Shown piece by piece: positions 40,668 to 49,742 of a stretch of DNA of 64,000 bases. The stretch lies in IMG/VR virus record IMGVR_UViG_3300017991_000075, positions 35,055-99,054 of that record; one strand, given 5' to 3'. Every line of letters begins with the position of its first letter. The first letter of the stretch is position 1. The stretch comes from a virus. Made by a program: the position numbers and the translations under genes. Below the pieces are notes generated by a model that did no database searches, was not told where the DNA came from, and saw nothing but the letters and a program-made list of their open reading frames with translations.

Positions 40668-42023
40668 TTACGGTTGTAGAGGCGTAGCGTTGACGCTACT
40701 AAGAAGTTCAGTGCGAAGACGGTAGTCTACCGTCGAGAAGAAAGCCGATTTGTCCGGGGTAGGATCTCCCGAATCTTCAAGCGTGTCGATCGACATGAGT
40801 CCCTGCAGAATGGCACTGCGATTGGCCGCAGGTCCTAGTTCGAGATCGAATAGCTGATGCGTACCTACGCTTAGTTGTCCGGCGCTTAGGCTGCAGTCGC
40901 ACTTCATGGAACCGCCGCCCAGGTTGGTAAGACCGACAAGAGTGTCAAGATCCTGTGGCGTCAGTGTCATGCTTCCAGGAGTGAAGGCTGAGAGGTTGGT
41001 GACAGTAAAAGCAGCGTGATTTATTTTCGCAGCGGCCGCACCGATAACTGCCATGAATTGCAGTTTCGGATTTGCGGTATCGCTGTTATCAAGCGTAAGG
41101 TAGATGTAGTTCTCGGTAGGATCGAAACGTCCGCGTGACAGCTCCGTATCGAAATTGCGGATACCGAATGCTGGCACGTAACCATGACCACACATCCAGG
41201 CAGCCCACTGCAGGGCTTCCGGACTCGCAGTGCCGACATGCCGCAACCAGACCCTCATGAGCTGGTTCCATGCCAATTCACCGCCACCGGTAACGTCACC
41301 GTGGAGTTTCTCCAAGGTTTCGTTGAACAGCGTGGCAGTGAAAATGTCCTGGCTCTCAGCAATCCATGAGCGGATGTTGATATCATCGATGTACTGTTTG
41401 CTACGAAGGTAACGACGAATATTCGTCACCGTCAACCGCAGAACAGCGTCACCCGGATCGGCGGTGCCGTTCCAGTTGTTGTCGTGATAGAGACGTACGC
41501 ATGCCGTGGCGAGAGATGCAAGATTCTCATCAGCCATTGCGACGGCCTGAGCGGTTGAGGGGAGACCAAGCCCATTCAACCAGGTACGGATCGTAGCAAT
41601 CGTTCCACCACGGGCAGCCTGGTTCTGCATTTCGATGAAGAAACGCAATGCCTGCATTCGAGGCTTCGTGATCGGGCCACCATTAGGGATGATCGCCTGT
41701 GCATAGTCATCGGCCAGATTCGCGTGCGGGAATGCCACGACAGCAGCATCAGATCGCGCTTCGATCAAGCCAAGACGTGCGATGTCCGCATAGATCATCT
41801 TGTGATAGTTCGTCAGGCCGTTATAACCTGCGAACGTCACGCCGGTCTCAGCGAAGTAAGCCTCAAGCCACGCTTGAATCGTGGCACGAGCTGCGGCAGC
41901 GCCTGCACCGAGTGCTCCCGCACCTGGGCCGTACACGGCCAGCATCTTGAGGTATTCCCTCACATTGTCATGGGGAATCGTTGAATAACCCCCTTGAAGA
42001 AGTGCGGTTTCTGGCGTTGCCAT
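40668..42023 (-). CDS. hypothetical protein
   Basis: 451 aa, AGGAG RBS; helical N-terminal part and beta-rich C-terminal part. Confidence 0.75.
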   Translation of the reverse strand: MATPETALLQGGYSTIPHDNVREYLKMLAVYGPGAGALGAGAAAARATIQAWLEAYFAETGVTFAGYNGLTNYHKMIYADIARLGLIEARSDAAVVAFPHANLADDYAQAIIPNGGPITKPRMQALRFFIEMQNQAARGGTIATIRTWLNGLGLPSTAQAVAMADENLASLATACVRLYHDNNWNGTADPGDAVLRLTVTNIRRYLRSKQYIDDINIRSWIAESQDIFTATLFNETLEKLHGDVTGGGELAWNQLMRVWLRHVGTASPEALQWAAWMCGHGYVPAFGIRNFDTELSRGRFDPTENYIYLTLDNSDTANPKLQFMAVIGAAAAKINHAAFTVTNLSAFTPGSMTLTPQDLDTLVGLTNLGGGSMKCDCSLSAGQLSVGTHQLFDLELGPAANRSAILQGLMSIDTLEDSGDPTPDKSAFFSTVDYRLRTELLSSVNATPLQP

Positions 42024-42040
42024 TACATGGTCTCCTTTGG

Positions 42041-44020
42041 TTACGCCGTCATGGCGACATCTGAACTTCCCTCACCCATACCTACGGCTACACCCGCATT
42101 GACACTTTGTGGTCCATTGAGACCGTAGCCAACATCACTGACTGAGGGCTGTTCACCGCCAATAGGTGTTCCTCCGAAACCAGCAAAATCACTGGCCGGA
42201 GTCATGGTTTCTTCTTCCTCTTGTATGAGCGCGAGTTCCTTCAGGACCTCTTCGTCGCTCATATGATCGATGTCTTTCAGGAAGCGTTGGACTGACATCG
42301 AAGATTTGTTACCAAGGCGATCGATCGCCGTGGACATGTCCTGCGGTAGCGATGGCGTCATACGCACATCGATTTCCTTCAGACGAATAATTGCCGACAT
42401 CGCGACATTGCGGTCATCGATATACTGAAGTTGATCCTGCGTGGCCAGGAACTGAAGCTCATCAGTGGTCTTCGCCAGTTTCGGATCTTCAATGAAAAGA
42501 CCCATCGGCGTATCGTGCAGAACCTCAACCTGTCTAAAGAGATCCTCAAAGCTATCAAGCATGATCACGGTCTTATGGGCTTTGATGTACTTCTGCAACC
42601 ACTGAGCCTTCTGCTGCTCTTTGGGGTCCGCACTATTAGCAGCAACTTCCATATAGCCTTCAGCAAGCTTGTTATCACTGTAATAGTCGATCGCGCTCAG
42701 GATGTTGAACACAACTCGTTCAATCGCCTGGCTTTGGTGGCCTGAACGACGATTCGATTTGTTCAACGTCGGTGTCAGATGCAGCTTGTAGGACACACCG
42801 CTCTGAACCTGCTTCGCTGCCTCGGCATTCAACAGAATGGGCGCTGTAGCAGATTCGATGGCGATCATATCGAGCTGAAAGTCTCTGTTAGAACTGCTAC
42901 CCTGAATGTCCGCCTGTGGCTGCAGGTACGAGGGTGTGAAGTTGTCTTGTGCTCTGACAGCAATAACACCCTCGCGTGGAACGTTATAGAAAGCTTTACC
43001 GGTCGTCGGGTCGTATGAAACTGTGCGATCGCTCACCATGAGATTCGGACCTGCGTACTTGTTCAGCAGCTCACTCTCACGGGAGGCTCTATCATTGAAG
43101 GAAAGGTTGAGATCAAGGATCTCATCCCAATCGCTCTTGAATGTTCCGAGTCTGACGATATTCGGAATTATCGTGATAGCGAAATCCTGCAGGCCGGTCA
43201 AAACGACAGGCTTCATATCAGGATTGTAGTATGCCAGCGGAACATCCCCGACGATCTTGCTGCCGGATACCGCAAACAGGTAATTCTCGTAGTAACCTCT
43301 GAAATGACGTTCCTCAAGAATAAAGCCATCGAAACTACCCTTGACGAAACGAGCGACCTTCTGCCAATCAGCGATATTCATTCGTGGTATGTAGATCTTC
43401 TTAGAGACCGACACGATTTCGTTATCCTGCGAGGCAGAGAATTTGGGGTACAGATTGTGCGGAAGAATACGGGACACCTCCAGCGTTCCTGCTTGTTCAT
43501 CACAAACAACCTGCACCCCTACAAATCCAAACACGCTCGCTTCAAACAACCAGTCATAGATCCTCTCACCGAGGCGCATGTCGTCGTTGAGCAGCACATC
43601 CATGTTCTGCATACCGGTCTTGATTTCGACACCGCCACCGACTGTGAGATCTGTGATTGCCTGGCTGATGGTGAGCACCAAATTGTGGGCTTGGTAGATA
43701 CCCTGCTTGTCGGGCTGATCCTTCGTCGCGTGATAGTAATTCGGCATTTGTGTTTTCATGCCGTGACGAAGGATTTGCGTGTACCTGTCGTACCTCTTGA
43801 AACGCTCTATGTCGTCAGCGTTCTTCCAGAACTTGACGACATTCTTCCCGTCTTGAGTTTTGACAATGTACGTCGAATCACGCAGCGGATCTTGGTGGGA
43901 ACGGACGAACGTCGCATCCTCCTGGATGTAACGTTGCAGCTCCTCTGTGAATCTTGAGTAGCGAAGGGCTACTCGAAGACTGTGCGTGAATGCTGTATGT
44001 AACGGCAGGACACCTGGCAT
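42041..44020 (-). CDS. portal protein (SPP1-like)
   Basis: 659 aa near the terminase; IIPN..SDW, QSGVSYK, acidic EELALIQEE-type C-terminus. Confidence 0.82.
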   Translation of the reverse strand: MPGVLPLHTAFTHSLRVALRYSRFTEELQRYIQEDATFVRSHQDPLRDSTYIVKTQDGKNVVKFWKNADDIERFKRYDRYTQILRHGMKTQMPNYYHATKDQPDKQGIYQAHNLVLTISQAITDLTVGGGVEIKTGMQNMDVLLNDDMRLGERIYDWLFEASVFGFVGVQVVCDEQAGTLEVSRILPHNLYPKFSASQDNEIVSVSKKIYIPRMNIADWQKVARFVKGSFDGFILEERHFRGYYENYLFAVSGSKIVGDVPLAYYNPDMKPVVLTGLQDFAITIIPNIVRLGTFKSDWDEILDLNLSFNDRASRESELLNKYAGPNLMVSDRTVSYDPTTGKAFYNVPREGVIAVRAQDNFTPSYLQPQADIQGSSSNRDFQLDMIAIESATAPILLNAEAAKQVQSGVSYKLHLTPTLNKSNRRSGHQSQAIERVVFNILSAIDYYSDNKLAEGYMEVAANSADPKEQQKAQWLQKYIKAHKTVIMLDSFEDLFRQVEVLHDTPMGLFIEDPKLAKTTDELQFLATQDQLQYIDDRNVAMSAIIRLKEIDVRMTPSLPQDMSTAIDRLGNKSSMSVQRFLKDIDHMSDEEVLKELALIQEEEETMTPASDFAGFGGTPIGGEQPSVSDVGYGLNGPQSVNAGVAVGMGEGSSDVAMTA

Positions 44021-44034
44021 GTGTTATTCTCCGA

Positions 44035-44208
44035 TTACGGCTTTTCAATGACGTAGACGACCTTTTCTCCGCCTTCAACATTGATTGTATACACAGCCAC
44101 GACTTCAGCACTAGCATCAAATGCCGCAACAGCCGCATTGAGATCTGTCATGCGATCGCTGAGGTCCTGTTTTACGTCAGCTTTGAATTCCGTATATTCT
44201 TTTGCCAT
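44035..44208 (-). CDS. small hypothetical protein (57 aa, absent from the ORF track)
   Basis: MAKEYTEFKADVKQDLSDRM...VYVIEKP; GGGAG RBS. Confidence 0.7.
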   Translation of the reverse strand: MAKEYTEFKADVKQDLSDRMTDLNAAVAAFDASAEVVAVYTINVEGGEKVVYVIEKP

Positions 44209-44292
44209 TGCACGTCTCCCTTAGACTGAAGCGGGGGTGCGCACAGCACCCCCGTGTTCTCTTTATTGACAGAGAGTCAGCGAAGAGGTGCT

Positions 44293-44613
44293 TTAGCCTT
44301 CAGCGCCAGACGGGACGCCCTTCGGGGGCTGACCGCCGATAGCTGGTGCTTCCGCACCTGCAGCGTTGGCGGTTCCGGCCTGGATCTCCTGCTGAGCTTC
44401 ATCCAACAGAACTGCACTCTGCTGCAGCTTCTGAGTAGTTTCGTCGGCGATCGTGGGGGCTGCTTCAGCGTTCTGAACAGCTTCGATCGTAGCCGCCTGA
44501 GCTACGTTGAGAGCCTTGACCGCCGCCTGCTCATGCTCCGCATTGGTCGGGGCAGGTGGCTGAGCGGGAGCCATTGTTCCGCCGGTGTTTGCTGCTGTCA
44601 TCATGTCAGACAT
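44293..44613 (-). CDS. Ala/Gln-rich hypothetical protein
   Basis: AAGGAG RBS; late motif upstream. Confidence 0.7.
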   Translation of the reverse strand: MSDMMTAANTGGTMAPAQPPAPTNAEHEQAAVKALNVAQAATIEAVQNAEAAPTIADETTQKLQQSAVLLDEAQQEIQAGTANAAGAEAPAIGGQPPKGVPSGAEG

Positions 44614-44677
44614 TGCTTTCTCTCCTTGTTATCTGAACGTAACGAGTTTGCACTCTACACTATACCTACGACTGAGC

Positions 44678-46762
44678 TTACGCATACGGAACAGATTGTA
44701 CAGGGCCTTGACCCTCGGCCGCTTGAATCGGGTTCTCGGTACGAGGATGCTGCTGTCCCCAGGCCATCATCGCGTCATGCTCATCCATCTCACCGCTACG
44801 TACCTTCTCGCTGACATAAGCATAAATTTCAGGATTACCCTGTAAGAGTCTCTTCATGGATGCCTGGGCCGAAAGCCCTCTGTTGAGATGGAGCGACAAT
44901 CTCTGTAATGCCGCAAGACAGTCAACAACTCCGTCAACACAATCATCATGAGCGCCTTGTGGGAACGTGACGAGTTCTTCAAGTCCGGCCTCGATGTCGG
45001 GTTTCGCCATATCACGATGTGCCGTAAGGGGCACAAAGAATTGATGACGCTCAACCAAAGCCGAAACTCCGAGTGCTCTTGTGGTCTTGTGGCGTTTTCC
45101 ACGTTTCACTTCAATCACTTGTGCATAGAGTCCAAGTGCGATCGACAGCTCATCAAGAAGATCCGCGATCACCTTCTGGAACGCGACTGATTCCACCAGG
45201 AACCCCATGTGCTGCCAATTACGATTGGCATCCAATGTTACGACAGGACCGTCGCCGACTTTACCGGACTGCCAATAGCGCCCTCCGAACTGACTGTTGT
45301 AAGCGACGTAATGCTTGAACATCAAATGCAACATCGTAGCCGCAGACGCTCTGAATCTGTCAATATCAATAAGGTAATATCGACGCTGCGATGGTGAGTA
45401 CCCTATCGTAACGATAGCCGTGTAATCTCTATCGGCTTCTTCAGCTCTCTTGCCACGGGAAGGTGCCGGGTCGATAGAAGTAACGACATATAAATCGTTA
45501 GGCAGGACATCGTAACTGAATCCGGCCGCCATGAGGTTCGCTTCTTGCTCTGGCGTGAAGTACACGCTCTTAGAGATCCAGTAGCGGAACCAATCGCGGT
45601 GGAAGAATCTCGTGCTGTCATCAATCGGTTCTAGCAAGAACTCTTTCGAGAATGCACGACTACCTAGATCACGGCGTTTCCATGCCAGGTAAGAAAGGTA
45701 GAACGTTTCATCCGGATCGAGTTTGGCCTCGATTTCCTCTTCTGAATATGGTCGTCCCGTACGATCAACGGGACGACTCATATCGGGCTTCATCCACTTC
45801 TGCGGCCACAGACAGTTGATGGGGTTCATCTGAGAATCGAAACCGCTACAGGCAGGACGCTTGATCTTCTTCCAGGTAGAAGTCTTTTCCTTGTCCTTAT
45901 GTAGCCGCATCACCAGGTCATCATCATGCACGGTTGTACCGACAACGATGATGTTGCCGATCTCAGAATCGATGACGTTGTAAGCGGTATCCCAGAACCA
46001 GTCCCACAGACGATCTCTTACCATCTGCGTCTTGACGTGCTTGTCCTCGATCACGTCATCAAATATCAGTAGATCCGGACGGAACGATCTAATGCGCCTG
46101 TAACGAGGGCGTCCCCAATAGTCCCGACCGAGGTAGTTATCGAGATCGAGCGTATCAGGCAACGACTCGTTCACACCACGAATAGAACCGCCAACACCTG
46201 CGGTGAAGATCACGACGTGATTCGTGGTCTTGATGTAGGATATCCGCCACGTCTCTTTGGCGTTCTTCTCATCCTGACCAACCAAGTCACCGAAGTGCTT
46301 CCTTATATAAGGGTTGTTCTGCAACTCGGTCTTGATCTTGTTGAGGAACTTTTCCGCCTGTTGCGCTGTCGTGGAGATGATGCCGATATGTCGTTTCTTG
46401 CGGTAACAGACACACCATAACACATACAGGAAATTGATGATGGTCGATTTACCATGTTCACGAGGAAGTAACTTGAGGGAATGCTTGCCGGACTTCAATC
46501 TTTCGAGATCTTCAATGGTCTCCAGATGGAAGTCGCCGAACTCTTCCGTGATGTGCTGACTGCCGAAGCCTCTGCAGAAAAGCAGAAAGTTGTACTCACA
46601 CAGATCGGAAAGATAAGGGTCGAGATCTGCAGGTACTACGTCACCACCAGCCTCGAACTCTTCTTTGATCTCAAGCAGGTACTCTTCGAGCTGATCCCAC
46701 TCCTTTTCGGAAAACTGTGAGACCTTCTCATCGAATGTCGAGATATCGACAGCACTAACCAT
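44678..46762 (-). CDS. terL: terminase large subunit
   Basis: Walker A PREHGKST, GSIRG, RPDLLIFDD, VVGT, nuclease motifs SIDPA, DYTA and HDDCVD. Confidence 0.95.
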   Translation of the reverse strand: MVSAVDISTFDEKVSQFSEKEWDQLEEYLLEIKEEFEAGGDVVPADLDPYLSDLCEYNFLLFCRGFGSQHITEEFGDFHLETIEDLERLKSGKHSLKLLPREHGKSTIINFLYVLWCVCYRKKRHIGIISTTAQQAEKFLNKIKTELQNNPYIRKHFGDLVGQDEKNAKETWRISYIKTTNHVVIFTAGVGGSIRGVNESLPDTLDLDNYLGRDYWGRPRYRRIRSFRPDLLIFDDVIEDKHVKTQMVRDRLWDWFWDTAYNVIDSEIGNIIVVGTTVHDDDLVMRLHKDKEKTSTWKKIKRPACSGFDSQMNPINCLWPQKWMKPDMSRPVDRTGRPYSEEEIEAKLDPDETFYLSYLAWKRRDLGSRAFSKEFLLEPIDDSTRFFHRDWFRYWISKSVYFTPEQEANLMAAGFSYDVLPNDLYVVTSIDPAPSRGKRAEEADRDYTAIVTIGYSPSQRRYYLIDIDRFRASAATMLHLMFKHYVAYNSQFGGRYWQSGKVGDGPVVTLDANRNWQHMGFLVESVAFQKVIADLLDELSIALGLYAQVIEVKRGKRHKTTRALGVSALVERHQFFVPLTAHRDMAKPDIEAGLEELVTFPQGAHDDCVDGVVDCLAALQRLSLHLNRGLSAQASMKRLLQGNPEIYAYVSEKVRSGEMDEHDAMMAWGQQHPRTENPIQAAEGQGPVQSVPYA

Positions 46763-46804
46763 TATTTTCCTCCATCGACATCACAAAGGTAGTTACCTGC
46801 AGGC

Positions 46805-46838
46805 AAAAAAGCAAGAGCGGTCATTTCTGACCGCTCTT
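46805..46838 (-). terminator. intrinsic terminator separating the accessory region from terL
   Basis: AAGAGCGGTCA-GAAA-TGACCGCTCTT followed by GCTTTTTT. Confidence 0.85.
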
Positions 46839-46882
46839 TAGGACTCGACATGATTTTGGAGAAACCGTAGAGGTACTAAACT

Positions 46883-47605
46883 CTAACCGAGTCCAAACTG
46901 GCCGCGCAACATTGGGTTCTGGAACACTGCGTATGCTGCAGCACTCACCAGATAAGCATGATGAGACTTGTCGGTATTACCGAGGTTGATCCCCATGAAA
47001 TCGTACGCCTGTGAGGCTCTGACCATAGGGTCAGGGTCAAAACCACCAGCCTGAGCGATCCTCATGAGAGTACCGTTGTCAGCCGAGGCTACGATGTGCT
47101 GATGAGCTTTCACAACCTCTAACGGGTTATTCGGGTTGAAGGCAGGCTCCTGTGCTGGTGGAGGCGGCATCTGTTGGGGCTGCTCCACCGGCTGTTCTAC
47201 TGGTTGCGGTTCCTCGACAGGAGCTGGTTTGTACTGAGGTTGCACCTGCATCGTTGCGGCTTGAGTTTCTTCAGGGATAGCCGAATTCATAGCCTCTGCC
47301 ACGACATCGTAAGGCTCTGGCTTTTCCTGAACGAGCTGAACGTTCTCGTAGGGGTCTACGTCGGTAGTAATCGCCATCTTGTTGAACTCAGCCACCGAGT
47401 CAGGTATCGGGTTATGCTGAGGATGCTCAGGAGCTGCCTGCGGTCCTGCTCGTAATTTGATCTCGACATCACACCGAGTACGATCGGCGAGGTATTGCAC
47501 GATCGCCTCTATGGGGTGCTCATCGAGAACAGGTCTGATACTTTCATCCATCGAACTCTCTCCATCAAACGACTTGCGAATGTTTGTAGTAAGCGACTCC
47601 TTCAT
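46883..47605 (-). CDS. hypothetical protein with P/Q/E linker
   Basis: 240-aa ORF; exact start uncertain. Confidence 0.7.
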   Translation of the reverse strand: MKESLTTNIRKSFDGESSMDESIRPVLDEHPIEAIVQYLADRTRCDVEIKLRAGPQAAPEHPQHNPIPDSVAEFNKMAITTDVDPYENVQLVQEKPEPYDVVAEAMNSAIPEETQAATMQVQPQYKPAPVEEPQPVEQPVEQPQQMPPPPAQEPAFNPNNPLEVVKAHQHIVASADNGTLMRIAQAGGFDPDPMVRASQAYDFMGINLGNTDKSHHAYLVSAAAYAVFQNPMLRGQFGLG

Positions 47606-47831
47606 TGCTCACGGTATGCGAATAGACGTGCATGACCATTGCCTCTCCGTAGTCAGCACGTTTGAAGTCCCTCTTGCTGTTGTGCAAGAAGAATATCGGT
47701 TCAAGGTCATCGACGCTCGGACCATAAGCAACGAAAATTCTTCTAGGTGCCTTATTGCGGATCTCCCGATGCCCGTCAATAGGTCCGCCCCTGAAAATAC
47801 ACATCATGCTTGTTTGTGTTTGTTCTTCCAT
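47565..47831 (-). CDS. hypothetical protein
   Basis: FRGGPIDG N-terminal motif seen in small phage proteins. Confidence 0.6.
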   Translation of the reverse strand: MEEQTQTSMMCIFRGGPIDGHREIRNKAPRRIFVAYGPSVDDLEPIFFLHNSKRDFKRADYGEAMVMHVYSHTVSNEGVAYYKHSQVV

Positions 47832-48262
47832 GTTGCCAGCATTTCAATCCAGTTCACATCATGACGATGCTTGTACGAAACCGCCAGACCTTCTTTCAAT
47901 AATATCGACGAGAGCGTGATGGTCGTTGCTGCAGACAGATAGACATCAGCTAGCCAACGTCCGAAAGAATCTCCCTTGTAAGTCTTCAGCCACACTCTCG
48001 TGCCGGTTGCAGCTATGGTGTCCCGTACGTACTCCTCGGCGATCGCCGCCATCTCCTTCTCAGCCTCGCGATGCTCAGGAGTGCCTGTTCGGGGACGCTT
48101 CTCAGCGCACTGAATCCCGTTGATACGGATACGCTGAGTGGTTGTATTGTAGAAACCCTGATCGATACAGCAGTCGATCGTGTCACCATCAACAACGTTT
48201 GTGACGGCAGCTTCAAACTTGTAGACCGGGGCATTGCGTCCCCTCGCCTTCAGAGTCGCCAT
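47804..48262 (-). CDS. thermonuclease (SNase-like)
   Basis: VVDGDTID, IRINGIQCAE, DSFGRWLA, LLKEGLA. Confidence 0.92.
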   Translation of the reverse strand: MATLKARGRNAPVYKFEAAVTNVVDGDTIDCCIDQGFYNTTTQRIRINGIQCAEKRPRTGTPEHREAEKEMAAIAEEYVRDTIAATGTRVWLKTYKGDSFGRWLADVYLSAATTITLSSILLKEGLAVSYKHRHDVNWIEMLATWKNKHKQA

Positions 48263-48605
48263 GTTTCTCCTTCCACACCTTTTCAAAAAGCGGCCACAGA
48301 CCGAGGGGCTCAAATCCATCCTCAAGCATCATACCGACCTCAATCGGTTTTCCGGTGCTGAACATATGGTTGACCAGCGTCAACATCTGCAGCTCCTTCT
48401 GGATTAGCTCAAATTCATCTGTCCCTGGACCGTACGATAGAAACAGGGCCATGATAGCCGACTTCCAGATCGTTGTTTTGTCATCCGTCCATGTCGTGTT
48501 TGCAGCACTTCTGAACGCCGTCTCAGCACGGACGATAATAGCATCATCACCAAGGTCGTCACCGATCTCTTGAATGATGATCCTATCAATGTTCGTCAAC
48601 GCCAT
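48213..48605 (-). CDS. hypothetical protein
   Basis: 130 aa; AGGAGAAC RBS. Confidence 0.7.
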   Translation of the reverse strand: MALTNIDRIIIQEIGDDLGDDAIIVRAETAFRSAANTTWTDDKTTIWKSAIMALFLSYGPGTDEFELIQKELQMLTLVNHMFSTGKPIEVGMMLEDGFEPLGLWPLFEKVWKEKHGDSEGEGTQCPGLQV

Positions 48606-49527
48606 TTTGTTCTCCTTGTAACTTGCGAATAATGCGCAGCATTAGCCAGTACAACGCCTCTTTGCTGATGTCTTCAAAAACACGTACGGTGAAATCAGGA
48701 AAGGACTTCATGGTGTAATCACACACCTTGGATAGCTCGGCTGTTTCTACATCGATAACGTGCGTATTATCTCGTCCGAAATATACCCGTTGGAACTCTG
48801 TCGTCGATGCCAGGTAGTAGTCCATACCCTCGACTTCAGAATCCCTCACGAGAACAATACCGTCAACAATGGCAACCGGTTCCGGTATCGTAAGAACCTG
48901 CGGCAAGCCCGACATGACAGGAGTGGCTTCTTTGAGGTCGAACAACTCACGCTGCTCCTCACGCCACGCAAAGATGAGATCTTCCCACAGCTCAGATCCG
49001 CAGATCACAAAGTCAGGCCGATTGCCGAAAAACACCGTGTACTGTGACATGGTGGTTCTGATGAAGGCAAGCTTGTGACGAGGCGTCTTGAAATCGTCAT
49101 TCTTCAACAAGTTATTGACAGCCAGCCACCCACGTTCGGTCAGACTGTAATTGAATGCAGTTTTCTCAGCCTCTCCAGCCATGTTACCTGCCAACCTTTC
49201 TTCATCGTCATTTTTTTGTAGAGCCTTCTGTTGGCCTCCAAAAGGGCAGTCCAATTCTCGAATTCCCTCACAAGCATCCGAGGGCTGTGACGGAAGTTCA
49301 CAAGAATGATGTCGTTCACAAAGTCTTCGTTGCGAAGCCAGAACGTTTGGAGGCCGTCGAAAACGGCTGCGTATGCTATCACAGGTTGGTCTAATTTGTA
49401 CGCCCACCTGCTTTTCGCTTTTCTCGTTCTTACTCTGGTCAATCCGGTCCTTGAGTTCATTCTTTAGATTGATCCTCCGTTGACAAGGTGAGTCATCTAG
49501 GCCCTGAGTATTGATCCACTCCGACAT
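48586..49527 (-). CDS. hypothetical protein (start 49527 or 49182)
   Basis: ATG 49527 has AAGGAG and a promoter just upstream; the 5' third overlaps alternative ORF 49140..49460. Confidence 0.6.
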   Translation of the reverse strand: MSEWINTQGLDDSPCQRRINLKNELKDRIDQSKNEKSEKQVGVQIRPTCDSIRSRFRRPPNVLASQRRLCERHHSCELPSQPSDACEGIRELDCPFGGQQKALQKNDDEERLAGNMAGEAEKTAFNYSLTERGWLAVNNLLKNDDFKTPRHKLAFIRTTMSQYTVFFGNRPDFVICGSELWEDLIFAWREEQRELFDLKEATPVMSGLPQVLTIPEPVAIVDGIVLVRDSEVEGMDYYLASTTEFQRVYFGRDNTHVIDVETAELSKVCDYTMKSFPDFTVRVFEDISKEALYWLMLRIIRKLQGEQNGVDEH

Positions 49528-49547
49528 CCCGTTCTCCTTCGGCGCAT

Positions 49548-49575
49548 ATACTATCCCGGTATGAAATCGTGTCAA
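49548..49575 (-). promoter_or_regulatory. sigma70 promoter with overlapping operator
   Basis: TTGACA-16-TAGTAT. Confidence 0.75.
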
Positions 49576-49578
49576 TTG

Positions 49579-49656
49579 AAAAAGGAAACCCGCCCCTGGC
49601 TAAGAAAGGGCGGGCACCTCGGTTCTTACTCAAGCGCATAGGAGAACGTCATGAGC
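49579..49656 (-). ncRNA. putative small RNA antisense to a shared RBS motif
   Basis: Promoter TTGCGG-16-TAGACT with extended TG; UCAUGACGUUCUCCUAUGC segment; CCCGCCC/GGGCGGG terminator with U-tract. Confidence 0.6.
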
Positions 49657-49676
49657 ACGTACAGTCTAGCAAGCCA

Positions 49677-49710
49677 AAAGAAAACCGCAACCTCCTCCTT
49701 GTTGCGGTTT
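49677..49710 (-). terminator. intrinsic terminator overlapping the sRNA promoter
   Basis: AAACCGCAAC-AAGGAGGAG-GTTGCGGTTT followed by TCTTTT. Confidence 0.8.
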
Positions 49711-49742
49711 CCTGTATGCTCATTCAAACGAATGAACAAGGC

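Noticed and set aside
40860-40870. Near-copies of the late motif (CGTAGGTAC here; TGTAGGTATAG on the + strand near 61745)
   Set aside because: Mismatched and intragenic, and one is on the wrong strand; not counted.
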